Positions 52,318 to 64,000 of a stretch of DNA of 64,000 nt are shown here, one piece after another. The stretch spans positions 67,086,001-67,150,000 of the forward strand of contig NC_045696.1 of assembly GCF_009834535.1 (NCBI RefSeq), given 5' to 3'. How positions within the stretch are numbered: the stretch's first letter is position 1; every line of letters begins with the position of its first letter. The notes beneath the pieces are model-generated. The model made no database searches and was not told the origin of the DNA. It was given only the letters and a program-made list of their open reading frames with translations. The position numbers and the translations under genes are program-made. Origin of the DNA: Camelus ferus (Eukaryota).

Positions 52318-53640
52318 CATTGTTGACTTTGGGTGGTAAAGAGGCAGGCTCAGGGCTGATGTCGACGCTTGGGTTGAAGTATTGTGAAATAGGAGTATCA
52401 CATGGAGAAAGTAGCAATGCGATCCATATAATGAACTAATTTAGTGCCTGCAATAGCTGGGAATCAGAGGCAACCCTTGAGACCATCAGCCCCTGAGGAC
52501 ATCTGCATAAATCTTGAGAGGACCACTGACCTTTGCTGAGAGCAGAACAAGATTCAAACCAACTTTCCCTGCAGGTTAGGGGGAATGAAGAGCCCATCTA
52601 GCTTCTAATTACATATATTTTCCCTCAGATCCTTTTTTAAAATAGGGGGCTTATCAAGTAAAACTATTCATGTACACGTATACATCTTCATGTATATGAA
52701 TAAGTGTGTTTAATGTGAGAAATACAATATATGCCATCCAACCACAGGAGGATTTTAGATGTAGATTGCCATGTTTTGAATTTATAGCAAATAAAGAGTT
52801 ATGATATTCTGAAATGAATGGCAGTGTATAAAGATAAACAGAGAGAGGACAGAGAAGGCAAGAATTTCTAGACCTTTAGGAACACTCATATGTGTATATC
52901 TGGTTTTGTTGAAAATATCAAGTTTGATCTTTCACCACATGTATAGCTCCAACTGTTTCACTTCCGGATCACTTAGAGTGTCCTAGTACTGCTTAAGTCT
53001 CCCTGGGGAAGATGAAACAATAGTAGAGGGGGGCCTCTCTGCCACTGATGAGTTTAAAATCTACTTGGGGAGATGAGATTTAAAGACGTAAAAGTATTAA
53101 TTGCTTTATAGTTTATGGATCATTTATATATACTGTATCCCACCTAACCTTACAATGGCCCAACGAGGTGGAGAGGGACCATTGTTATGTTCATTTTAGA
53201 GATGAGACTACCAAAGCCCAGAGGGAAAAAGTGACTTAAACAAGACCACAGAGCCATATCTGACTTCATACTTCACACTTTTCCACATTCTTCTCTGAAT
53301 AAAAGAATTTAATGATACACAGAAAATTATATGTACTCTGTAAGCAATAAACACAGATAAACATAAGTACTGCAACTTTTAAACAATATTACACCATAAT
53401 TGTTTTGCTAAGAAATTAGCGAAGCAGAAACAGCATGATATGGTTAATAGAAGTATTATACATTTTTTATCTATAAAACAGCTCCACTGTTTGCTAAAAA
53501 ACATCCTATAAACCTATTACAGTTTTTATCTATATAAACCCCAGGTTGTAGCTTATCATTTTTTTTTTTGTTTGTTTAAGCAGTACACATTTTAAAAGCA
53601 CTTAGCATCACCAAAGAATGATGCCCAAGCTGCCTCCTAC

Positions 53641-53794
53641 CTTGCAAATTTCAAGAAACCTCTCACTGGTGTATTTCATAGGGTGCTCAGTGAAGGTAGC
53701 ATAAGGCACCTCAGTGGACCATGGGTTCCAGCGGGATAATAGCGACTGCTGCTCGGGTCTCCCCCAGTAGATCCTAAGTCCTTCTCCTGGTCTC
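53641..53794 (-). CDS. TPRG1: TPRG1 penultimate coding exon (154 nt)
   Basis: Minus-strand acceptor ttgtttctcgcag|G and donor AAG|gtagga. One nt plus 51 codons translate as RPGEGLRIYWGRPEQQSLLSRWNPWSTEVPYATFTEHPMKYTSERFLEICK, the TPRG1/TPRG1L family motif (SRWNPWST.VPYATFTEHPM). It splices in phase 0 to the 42654 exon. The ORF track misses this frame. Confidence 0.95.
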
Positions 53795-55620
53795 CTGCGA
53801 GAAACAAGTTTTCCTTTAGATTAGCAATTTTCATTAGATTAATTGTTGAGATAAGCGGCTGACCTACCAGCAAGTTGAAATGTGCCATGGAATTTAAGAG
53901 GTAAGAAGAAAAGATGGTTTCAAATATGGTGAGTTCAAGGTGTTGTTAAGATTTCTGTGTGTAAACACCTAGTTGGAAATGTGACTCTGGTGCTCTGCAT
54001 AGAGGTCACAGCTGGAAATGTGGATAGTGAATTCATGTGAATATTCTGATAGTCAAAATTAAAAGAGAAAAGAAGAAGGAAAAGTCAAAGTGGTGGGGCA
54101 AGAACTGAAACATGAAGACAGTCAACCTGGAAGACAGTTTTGAGGAGAAGGAAGATGACAACAACTACAATATCCACTAAGCAGTCAACACAAGCAAGAA
54201 ATGACTGAGAAAAGACATTGGGGCTTTCCAGATAGGAGGGTGTGTATGACCAATTCAAAATGTTCTGTGACCCCAGCTTCCATATCTCATGGTTCTCTAT
54301 TCTCTGCATGCATTCCAGCTACCGAAATTGCAGCAACAAACATGTCAAAGTTCATAGGAATATTATGCCTGGTCACAGTCTTGACCCACTATCCTGATCT
54401 CCAGTATGCGGGAGGCAGCTGCTATCTGATAGAGCCCAAGCCTGGTCATCTGGTAAACCCAAGTGCAGAGCAAGAGAAAGTCAACTTGGGAGTAATGATG
54501 GCAGGGGAATGTGGCCACACTGAATAACAAGTTTGTAATTTCTGTGGCCTCTTCTTTTGCATGTACGCATCAGAGTTTATGGTTTGTGGTTTTAGACATC
54601 TCTGAATGCAAAGAGCTCCCTGGAAGCCAAGTTCAGGTGCTTTGCATTTGACAAGCTTTAACTAAGCAGCCCCATGGAACATCACAGAGTTTTCGTTTCT
54701 TCTAGAAACTAAATCCTGGGATGTAGAATGAAAAACCGGAGCTCAGTTGTGGTGCCTTCACAAAGCTGTCACTTCCTGTATTAAGAAAGGATTCCTTTGG
54801 GAATGCCATTGTGGTTTCTGAATGTTTATCCACATAGAAATATATATAAACACAACCTCACACATATGCATGTAACACCCTAACTGGCTGATCTCTGAGC
54901 TGCTTCTTACAAAAGGAAAGTAAGAAAAGAGCCTGGCACATTCTGCTGCCCAGTTCTCAGATTTTTGATGATTGTATTTAATGGCTGACACCCAGCCTTT
55001 TTTGTACTTTATTCCTTTGCCTAGGAAGGAAAAAAAATTTTTTAATTAAAAAAAAGAAAGACAAAAGAAGAGAGAGAAAAACTAAAAATATTGTAAATAT
55101 CTCTAAAGTTCCCTTTCTAACCTCTCACTTTCTCAGCTGCTATGCCGACATTCATCACACTCCTATACTTTCCTTCATTCTTTTCTTTTCCCCCTAGCCT
55201 CGCAATAAGCCCTAAGCTCAATGAATATTGATGAATGAATACTGGTTAATGGAACATTCTGGCTTGAGTCCATTAAAACAACTTGCATCATACAATTATT
55301 TACTGCTTCATGTGTCAATTTATGTGCTGGGTACAATTTTGCTTTTATCCAAAGGGCATGAAAATCTGCCAAGCTAGCTTTCCTAGTAAATACAGTTTAT
55401 ATACTTTCACCTTAGGGAAATGCCAAATGAAGTTTACGTATCAAATTCAAGAGGGGCCCTATTTCTAAATAACCAATCAATATAAGCATGGCAATGACCT
55501 TTCTCAGGGGTCTAGTGTGCTTCTAAGGATACAAATTCCAACAGTCTCCTCTCCTGAGCTCCAAAGGTGATAGCTGGGAAGATAAATCTACAACTAAGTC
55601 ATCTCTCGAAAGGTAAAACT

Positions 55621-55655
55621 AAGTAAATCTCAGTAAGCAAGTAAATCTCAGTAAG
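55621..55655. repeat. 18-bp-period tandem duplication
   Basis: AAGTAAATCTCAGTAAG c AAGTAAATCTCAGTAAG. Confidence 0.9.
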
Positions 55656-58600
55656 TACTAGAGTGCTATAAAAATCTATCATATTTTGTCAAATGTCATT
55701 AGGGCAATTGTGGAGAATATAGATGACGTTATGACCAGGAACATTTTATTAAATGTTCTCATGCTTACTGTGAAAGCTGTCATCCAACGTGACAGAACGG
55801 GGTATAAAATGCAATGAACAGGATGTCAAGGAGCCCTGTGTGAAAGTCTGGGCTTTGACCCTGAATGCTACGTGACTATAGGCAAGCTCATTTCTTTTCC
55901 TGAATCTCAGTTTCCCCATATGTCCTTTAGGATGTCTCCACGTGGTGACATCCCATGACCTCGATAACTCTGTGTGAATGTTGTAGACAGCTATAGTCAT
56001 GACGCTACTAGCATTCACCCAGTGCAGGATATAAGGGACCCGTAAGAAGCCTCTGGGTTGTGACTTCTTTAGTTTACGGGGCATTGAATTAGCTTCCCTG
56101 AGCAGAACACATCTTCTGCTACAAAGCCCACACCAAGTATCGTCCCAACATTCCTTGGGAATCTTAGCACTCACTAAGCTATTTCACAAACATGGAAAGG
56201 CACAAATTAGCCACCATCTGGTGGAGTAGTAGTTTAAAGTTTATATACTGTTGAGTGTCAGAACTAGAAAGGCTTTTGGAAGTGGTAGCCCAGAGCCTTC
56301 TTTCTGGAAATGAGAAAACAGAAACTCAGAAAGAACTAGGGCTTTCTGAAAGTGTCGCTGCAGACAGGGCTGAGCTGGTGAGTGCCCCTGGTCTCTCAAG
56401 ACTTCATGTAGGGGTCTTTTCACCATTCTGGGCTATTGTTACAAAATACATTCCAAGCTAAGCTCCTGCCATTGCACAATGCAGTCCTATTTCCAATAGG
56501 CACAGAGTTAAAAGAACTGCCCTAAGGAACTTGCCATAATCTGTGGGCAAAAAGCCTGCCCAGGGATCCTAGCTAAAGGTTGAAAGGAAATCTCTGTCTC
56601 GAAAGGAACTGTACATTTTTATATATATCTCAATATCAGCAATTATGAGATTATAGGAAAATAAGTGAGCATTAGTAGCGTAAGGGGAAGTTACAAAAAC
56701 GTCGTGTCATCAGAGTAAGAAGATCAGGTCTTTCTTACTGAGCTGCTATGGTCAAATCAATCAAAGTGGGAGAGTAGTCTCAGGTAAAGAATGCCGAAAT
56801 CAAATTATTTAACAAAGAAAGATTTGGTAGCTTTCTTCTCAGTATCATACTCTCGGTGTAAACACTGGCTTTCACTAGCTGTATCTTTGGGGCATTCTCC
56901 ACCATCTTTCTGATCTTTAGGTAACAACACTTTCATGAGGGACAAGAGGATAATGGATGGGAAAATGTTTTATGTGCTGGAAGGCACTATCCAAGCACAT
57001 AGTAAGTCCCTTTGGTGTACTAGAATGCTTACTGTGTGCTGTTAGAGACGTTATATTTTCAACTTTATTTAACCCTTATAAGCAATTTTAAAACCACTTC
57101 TTTGATAGAAATAGATGAAGTTAGCAGGAAATAATATAAAGAATGTGATCAGATTATCAAGTCAAGAACTACCAGCAGAAGGGGATTAAAAAGGGAGAGG
57201 AGAAACACCATGATCCCCGAACATGGACAAAACCAGGGAAGCAAATCTTTAGCACGGAGGAGGCGCTGGAATCTTCTGTGTTTTGCTTCATCTATCAGTC
57301 CTTTTTCCTCCACCTGATGCTGTGTCCCAGGATATTTCTTCTGTGTTCAACTTCTGCCTCCCATCAAAGCTTTGATGCATATAATTAACTCCATCAGAGA
57401 CTTTCATTTAGCTTAGAGCACTCCTTCAATTCTCCGTCTTCAGACTGTATAAGCATAGCTCTGTAAAATTTTTCTAATAGGTTAAAAGTAATCTTTGAAA
57501 TCACATTAGAGGTGTTTCTCTGAAACATTCCTAGGTTGTCTATCTTGGATTCCACCATTCAATTGCCCGTTCTCTGTGTGATGCATTATCGCAAACTGAG
57601 AAATGAATAAGGCTCAATCCCTGAAGCCCAGAACCGGATCATCTCTGGGCCTGTTTTACTAACCTCCGCGTCCCAGACCAAAACACGTACAAATAGAAAC
57701 CTGAAATTCTCCTTAGAGACGTAGTTCACCAATTACAGCTTACTTTGTTGCCACTTCCCACCCTCCAGGAACCAGCTCCACTCCCACAGTAGTGGAAGCA
57801 AGGAGGTTAACACACCCTTTACTTCTGGCAAAGTTCAAAACCTCACAGAAAGGCATAGAAGTAGAAGGAAGGAATCATTAAGACTCATAAGGACTCGGCG
57901 GAGGAAGAGGGTTAACAGCTGAAGATTTTTAAGATCTTACACTGAGTTGGACGGCCCCTTAGAGGTGTGTTTCTCATTCTTTCCATTTTATAGATATATA
58001 AACTGAGGACCAGAATTTTCAAAGACCAGAGTTCTTCCTTTAGTCATGTTAATTATACCTTCTACACGGTGACTCAGACTCGGAATTCTACTCAAATACA
58101 GTAGTTGGCAGGTTGGAAGGCCCGAGCAATTACTGCTTTAAACCATCACGGCAACCCAAGAGAAGATCTGCCTTCTACACTAAAATAGCAAAGGTGTGTT
58201 AAAGAGATGAGGCTTATCTAGAAGAAGCTATCATGCAAGTACCACAGGACCAATCATGGAAGATAAAGACAGTTTAACAACACAAAAAGGAGCTCAAATT
58301 GCATGGAGGGAAAACTTTCTTCAATAACAAGCTTTGTAAGACAAGAATTATTTTCATCAGAAAGACTCCTCTCCTTGAAGTCCTTTTTAGCTGAACTAGA
58401 AAAATAGGCCAGCCAGTCACCAGTCTGGGTTAATTGGCTCATTCCACACATTTTTCTCTCTTCGGAGAGAAGCCATGCATCCTTTCACATAGTGCAACAG
58501 AGCCAACATCCTTTCCCTCCTCTCCCTGTCTCCTTCCATCCTGGACTTTCCAGATGCTGAGGCATAAACTACCCGTTCAAAGAACAGAATGAGGAGGATG

Positions 58601-58759
58601 TCTTCCCAGAAGAAGTGGCAGCTTCCATGATCACCTCCATCAGCTGCCCCTCCTTTCTACTCATCTCAAATCTCAAAGCTCCACCATGGAATTAAAAACA
58701 TAGCTCCAGGCAACAAACAGATTTACGAGGAAGCACAGACATTAACTCTTGCTCTAAAC

Positions 58760-59000
58760 ACAGGGCGTGTGCTTGTAAGTCCGGGTGAGCAAACAGAGGG
58801 AGGCGCGCAGGAGGAGGGAGGAGGGAGGAGGGCGGAGGGCGGGCAGCCAGGGGGAGAGAGGAGCTCAGAACAACACGATGTATTTTCTAAGAGTCTCCTT
58901 TTCCCTCCCTTCCGGCCTGTACTGTGAAAGGCGGGCCTTCTCGGGCAGTGAAATGTTGGCCCCTTGCTGATTTCATCTGGACAAAAGGGGGACTGGGTTG
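58760..59000. promoter_or_regulatory. Candidate intronic promoter/enhancer (GC boxes, local CpG retention, G4 motif)
   Basis: GGGCGGAGGGCGGG, GGCGCGC and (GGGAGGA)n in an otherwise AT-rich intron. Confidence 0.45.
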
Positions 59001-59756
59001 GCACCCTGGAGGGTATTCAACGCTCCTCTGCTCAATGAATGACCTCAGACAAAATATTTTCCATGACAAGAACCCAAAAGACGCTGGCACAGAGTCAGAC
59101 AATCAGATTTGCAGAACGTGTTTACATTCTCTCTGTGTCCCCAGGCTGTTCCAAACCCATCGGCAGGTGCTGCCTTTATCTGCTCTCTTTGCTCACCTGG
59201 CTCCCTCCCAGGAGTTTCCAGGGCCTTGGGCTCAGTGAGATTAACCGTTTATTGGCACATGTAACCAAGAAACTCTGTGGGTTATATTCCTTGAGGGAGA
59301 GGTTAATGATGCCGTGAAACAGATCAGCAGTGTCTACAAGGAGAGAATTCAGGGGCAGCGCGGTGCTGTGGTAAGAACTTTGAGTGGCAATTAGGTGGCC
59401 TGTGTTCAAAGGCTAGATCTGCCTTTGGTTTGCTGAGTAATTTGAACTATTTTCTTCTCTCTGGGTTCCAGGAGTCCTCTGTGAAACCAGATAGTTGAAC
59501 TAGATCATCTCTAAGGTTTTTTTCTGTGCAGAAAAACCAAACTAAAATATGTATTATACTGTTAGACCAAAAGCCAAAGGATAACTTAATGACTAAGGGA
59601 AATTCTCAGAGGGCTGCTGAGATCCGACCTTTCTTCTCTTAGAAGAAGAAATAATCTTAAACTGCAGAACAAAAGACCTAGGGTGAAAACACAAGCAGAA
59701 CTCAGAGAAGATGAGGGTGAGTAATTTCTAAAAGGGTAACAACTGAAAAGGCTATG

Positions 59757-59974
59757 CACATACTAACTACTAAATATAAAATAAAGAAACAACAAGTTTC
59801 TACTGTACAGCACACGGAACTATATTCAATATCTTGTAGTAACTTACGATGAAAAAGAACATGAAAAAGAACATATGTCCATGTATGACTGAAACATTAT
59901 GCTGTGCCCCAGAAATCGACACATTGTAAACTGACTACACTTCAATTAAAAAAAAAAAGTTAAAAGTAAAAAAA
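59757..59974 (+). mobile_element. Severely truncated young L1 3' UTR with TSD
   Basis: Ends ctgactacacttcaatt(A)n; TSD AAAAGGCTATG at 59746-59756 and 59975-59985. Confidence 0.92.
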
Positions 59975-60440
59975 AAAAGGCTATGGAATCTCCTAGACTA
60001 AAAGTACTTGAAAGAGGTGTTTATTTGCTTGGAAACTTTAGATGTGCTTGTCCTTGAGGTGGTCATGGTCAGGGCTGAGGTGAGGAAGACTGAGGTTCAA
60101 ACCAAAGGTACAACCTAAGATTTCTTAACTCACAGTTTTGGGGGGGGTGTGTGTGTGTAAAATACTTAAAATAAAATAAACATGGACATTTTATAGTGCT
60201 AGGTACATAATAACCACTTAATAAATCTTTCTTTAATAATGATGAATAAATAAGTAAATTCACAGACCAAGTTAGGATGCCTGTGAGTTTGATGCATATT
60301 ATTCGGTTCTTCGAATGTTACATGTTATGGCAGCATGATCCTTGAACTGGCAGTCACTAAAACCCGGGTCTAATCTTAGAACCAATACAAACTTTCTGTG
60401 TAGCTTAGAGCTGGACACAATATCTCTAAGTTTCCATTTC

Positions 60441-60803
60441 CCTGAATGTTTGTGTCCTCCCAAAATTTACGTGTTGACATCCTAATACCCAAGGTGATGG
60501 AATTAGGGAGTGAAGGCTTTGGGAGGTGATTAGGTCATGAGGGCAGAGTCCTCACGAATGGGATGAGCGCCTTTATAAAAGAGACCCCAGGAAGATCCCT
60601 AATCCCCTCCACTATGTGAGGACAGAGAGAAAAGGCACCATATATGAACCAGAAAGCAGACCCTCACTAGACACTGAATCTGCCAGCACCTTGACCTTGA
60701 CCTTGGACTTTTCACGCTCCAAAACTGTAAGAAATAAATTTTGGTTGTTTACAAGCTACTCAGTCTCTGGTGTTGTGTTACAGCAGCCCAAAAGGACTAA
60801 GAC
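60441..60803 (+). mobile_element. MLT1A-type MaLR solo LTR
   Basis: ctgaatgtttgtgtcctcccaaaattt...aggtcatgagggcagag...gaaataaattt...cagcagcccaaaaggactaagac. Confidence 0.9.
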
Positions 60804-63800
60804 CCCCCCCCTTCATAAAATAATAAACGCATCAGATTAGCTACTCTCTGGACGACATTCCAACTCTTCATGCATCTAACATTTCTGACCACAAAGAGCC
60901 AAGGGTTACCGACTTCGGGGTTTCCCTTAAATGAAATCTAAAACCATTTTATTCTCCAAAACAGGTATGAATGGATTGTTAGGATGGAAATTGTTAAAAC
61001 TTACATTCTTATTTTCTTAAACAGTTTGTATCAAAAATAGCTAGTTACGTCATAGCTTTGTAAAAGTCATTACAAACCCCAGATTTTAAGACATGGAAAG
61101 GATTTATTATTTATGTATGTTCTATAGCCTTCACCCCTTAATTTTGACAAAACAAGGCCTGAAATTTAGGAGGCTACCTAGATTAATACACAAACACCCA
61201 TAATACTTTCCTATCCTCCAATGTTTTCCTTTATGAAAGCCAGCTGTTGTATATGAAGAGTAAGTCTATTACCCAACTTCTAAAAGATTCTTGACTGCCA
61301 AGTTTATCAGTTCTATGTCCGCTGTCTCTTCCCTCCCCATCAGGCTGTCATTTCTTGCTGCCATCAACATCTCTAACTCCAGCAGCTCTTCTTCTAATTG
61401 GTCATTTCCAAACTTCTATTGACAGGTAAAGGAAGGACGCATTACTAGAAGAGCTATGGGCAAGTACTTAAAAAAAAAAAACCTTTTCTCAAGCCCTTTC
61501 CTAAAGAGAAATTTATGTGTTTTATAGCAAAACTTTGGTTTCACAGATGCCATTTAAGTGAAAGGCCAATCCCATAAGGTTGAGGGTAAATGGGTTTTAG
61601 ATAAAGGAGAAGAATCTATGTGGTTCTTTCAGTCATGGGAAACTAAATGCTTGTGTTTTAGAAGGTACTTTTGGAGCTCCATGCTTGTCAGAATGAAACA
61701 AATGTGATCTCATGATTAAAAATGATAATCTTCTTTCCACTGATTATTTTTTGAGACAAACTCTGGTAGACTAGCATTGTCATATTCTGCACAAGGAGCC
61801 TCATATTCCAATCCTTCCTTCAAACTTTTTAGAGTGTAACTTCCACAATATTTAACTATGGCTCTGAGTGTCAAGATTATCAGCAAATCCCCATTAACAT
61901 TCCTTTATAAAACCCAGAGAAAGTGCTCTAGGTGAAATTGTCATTAGGACCCAGAGGCAGGAAGGTATCAAAAAGGTTTCATTTATTTAATCCATGATTA
62001 CTGATCTTCAGCCTTGTACCAAGTACAATGTAAAGAGCTTGAAGAACACACAACAAGTCTTCAAGAAACTCAGAGCAGTCTAATGGCTTCGTAAAGTAGA
62101 AGATCTTTTAACAAGAGTTTGATGGATGTGAGGACATGGATAAGCCAAGAAGGTGACTGACAAAGAATAGCGTTAAGTGCACTGAAAACAGAGGAAATCA
62201 TGAGAGTAAAGACAAGTTGGGTTGGGGTTGGGGGGAAAACAGAAAATTCAGTGTATGTGCCATGATTTGTATTTTTATGATGCTCATTTGTTTCCAGTTG
62301 GGCTACGCGTACCTTCAATGGACTGATATTGTGGTTTCCACTTAACTGAATGAGAGGTTTCCCAATCTTTACGCACCTCAATTTTCTCTTCTGTTAAATG
62401 GAAATAGTAATATTTTCTCTAAAAGGTAATTTAAGGGTTAAATTGAATTAAAAATATGAAGTCTCTAATAGTGAATAATAGGCATTTGATATTTGCTGGT
62501 TGGACAGTGCCTTTCAGCACACAAAACATTCCATTATTCCATTGTTCCACATGAAACTGTTGTTTCCATGAAAACTAGAAAGGTGATATAAAATGCCCAA
62601 AAACGTAGAACATAGGAAGACATGGCTTTTCAGTCGAAAGCCATGGTTTACATCCAGGTATTTCTGTTCCAGAGGTAGGACTCTGACCTAGATCTCATAG
62701 TCCAGATTCCTGAGCTCTATTCAAAAGATATAAACTTAGAAGAGATCTGAGGCTTGGTTAACAAAGAGGACATTTAGTGGTCCAAAGCCACTATGTAGTA
62801 AGTGGTGGAGCTGGGATTAGAATTTAGGTTTCTCTGGTTCCTCAGCCCCTCACATTTCCATGGTACCCTGTGAATGTGCAGGACAAGGGAGAAAAGAGGC
62901 GTTTATACCAATCAGTTGTTCATTTGCCCAGTGAGCCAATGTCCGGACAGTCAGTTTAGAGTTCACATTGTCATTTGTACTCTCTTCATCTGGATTTGTG
63001 GGAGAAGTTTCCTTCTATTCCACCATCTTGAAGCCACTCTTCTACTCTCTCTTCGTCTAAATGAATCCACCCTCTGCCTTTCTCCACGCTGCTGATCCAA
63101 CCTGCTCAGAAACTTCAAGGGACTTCCAGTTGCATCAAGTTCAGAAACACTTTCCCAGCCTGACATTCAGGGCCTCAAACAGTATAGTTCTAGGCTTCAT
63201 TTCCAACTCCTCAAGTCTCCAACCAAACAATTCAACTTGCTGGGCCTCTCTTAAAGCATTTACAATAATTTCACCAACATGAAATTATTCTGTAAACTTG
63301 TTCATCAAGTGAACTGGGAGCTGTTCAAGAATGAGGTCTATATCCAAACCCTGCCCATTGCCTTCACCATATCCACCTTCTACTACGTGGCCAGTTTTTA
63401 AATGAGTAGACCTATGGTCTTTACTGTTAAAAAAAAAAATACAAATTACAACAAAACAAAAATTCTCATTTTTCAGACCAGAATGATCTGGCTGCTGTTT
63501 TTGCCTTTCATTATTTTACATTTTTTCAACTTCTTAGTTTTAAAATGAGCTCTTAGATTGTTTTCTGTTTGTTTAAGGGAGATGGGAGAGTCCATCCATC
63601 TGGAGGTGCACATAAAATGAGATTTTTAGAGAAACGCCCAGGGCAGCAGGGTTGGTACTTTGCACGCAGGTAGTCTATGCCTCTGCTCTGAGCGCTGTGC
63701 CGCAGATGCTGGCATGCCACTTCCATCTGGAGGGGCCCTTCTGTGCCAAGGGGCTGCCCTATGTCCAGAGAAGAGGGTGATTCTTGCACAGCTACCAAGA

Positions 63801-64000
63801 AAAATGCCACATAATACAGGAAATGATTCTGAGGCAACTCCCTCTATTATAAATTGAGATATTTGGCAAATTGCATTGGCCTCAGGTTTGCTAAGTTTTT
63901 GTCTCCTTTCTTAAAAGGAAATTACTTTTGAGCACCCCAAGTAACCAAGTTCCAACAGGCACAAAGTAAGTAGCTAAGTTTAAAAAAAAAAAAAAAAAAA

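Noticed and set aside
53676..53888. 70-aa ORF MAHFNLL...
   Set aside because: Wrong-frame overlap of the real TPRG1 exon.
55749..56174. 141-aa ORF
   Set aside because: Overlaps a MIR (MGKLRFR...) and has no recognisable domain.
62963..63166. Arg-rich ORF as an upstream TPRG1 exon
   Set aside because: No TPRG1 similarity and lies in L2-like sequence; the next upstream coding exon appears to be outside the window.
1..64000. Prokaryotic-type novel system (operon, CRISPR array, defence island)
   Set aside because: The sequence is mammalian intron/intergenic DNA: no long ORFs, no repeat-spacer array and no compositionally foreign segment seen.
63982..64000. Terminal poly(A) as a transcript or retrocopy end
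   Set aside because: Cut by the window edge, with no preceding element or poly(A) signal recognised; cannot be interpreted.

Overview
This is mammalian genomic DNA: AT-rich, CpG-depleted and dense in interspersed repeats. It is most likely camelid (camel or alpaca), judged from a tRNA-derived SINE and the L1 3' UTRs; that call comes from recalled consensus sequences, not a search. The only protein-coding content I can support is the last two coding exons of TPRG1 on the minus strand (53641-53794 and 42460-42654), which splice in frame to give the C-terminal 115 aa. Positions above ~53.8 kb are TPRG1 intron. Positions below ~41 kb are 3' UTR or downstream intergenic DNA; in human this is the TPRG1-TP63 interval, and synteny is assumed here. 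The rest is young L1 insertions with target-site duplications (TSDs), old L1M/L2/MIR/CR1, hAT MITEs, MaLR/ERV1/ERVL LTRs, an ERV-L gag/pol relic and microsatellites. I found no prokaryotic-type system, CRISPR array or convincing new protein-coding gene. The most interesting items are retrotransposition footprints (a twin-primed L1, an ERV-L relic with gag inverted relative to pol, a chimeric L1 3' end, a tailless SINE) and several candidate cis-regulatory elements. Repeat family names were assigned by eye, and boundaries are approximate unless a TSD is quoted.
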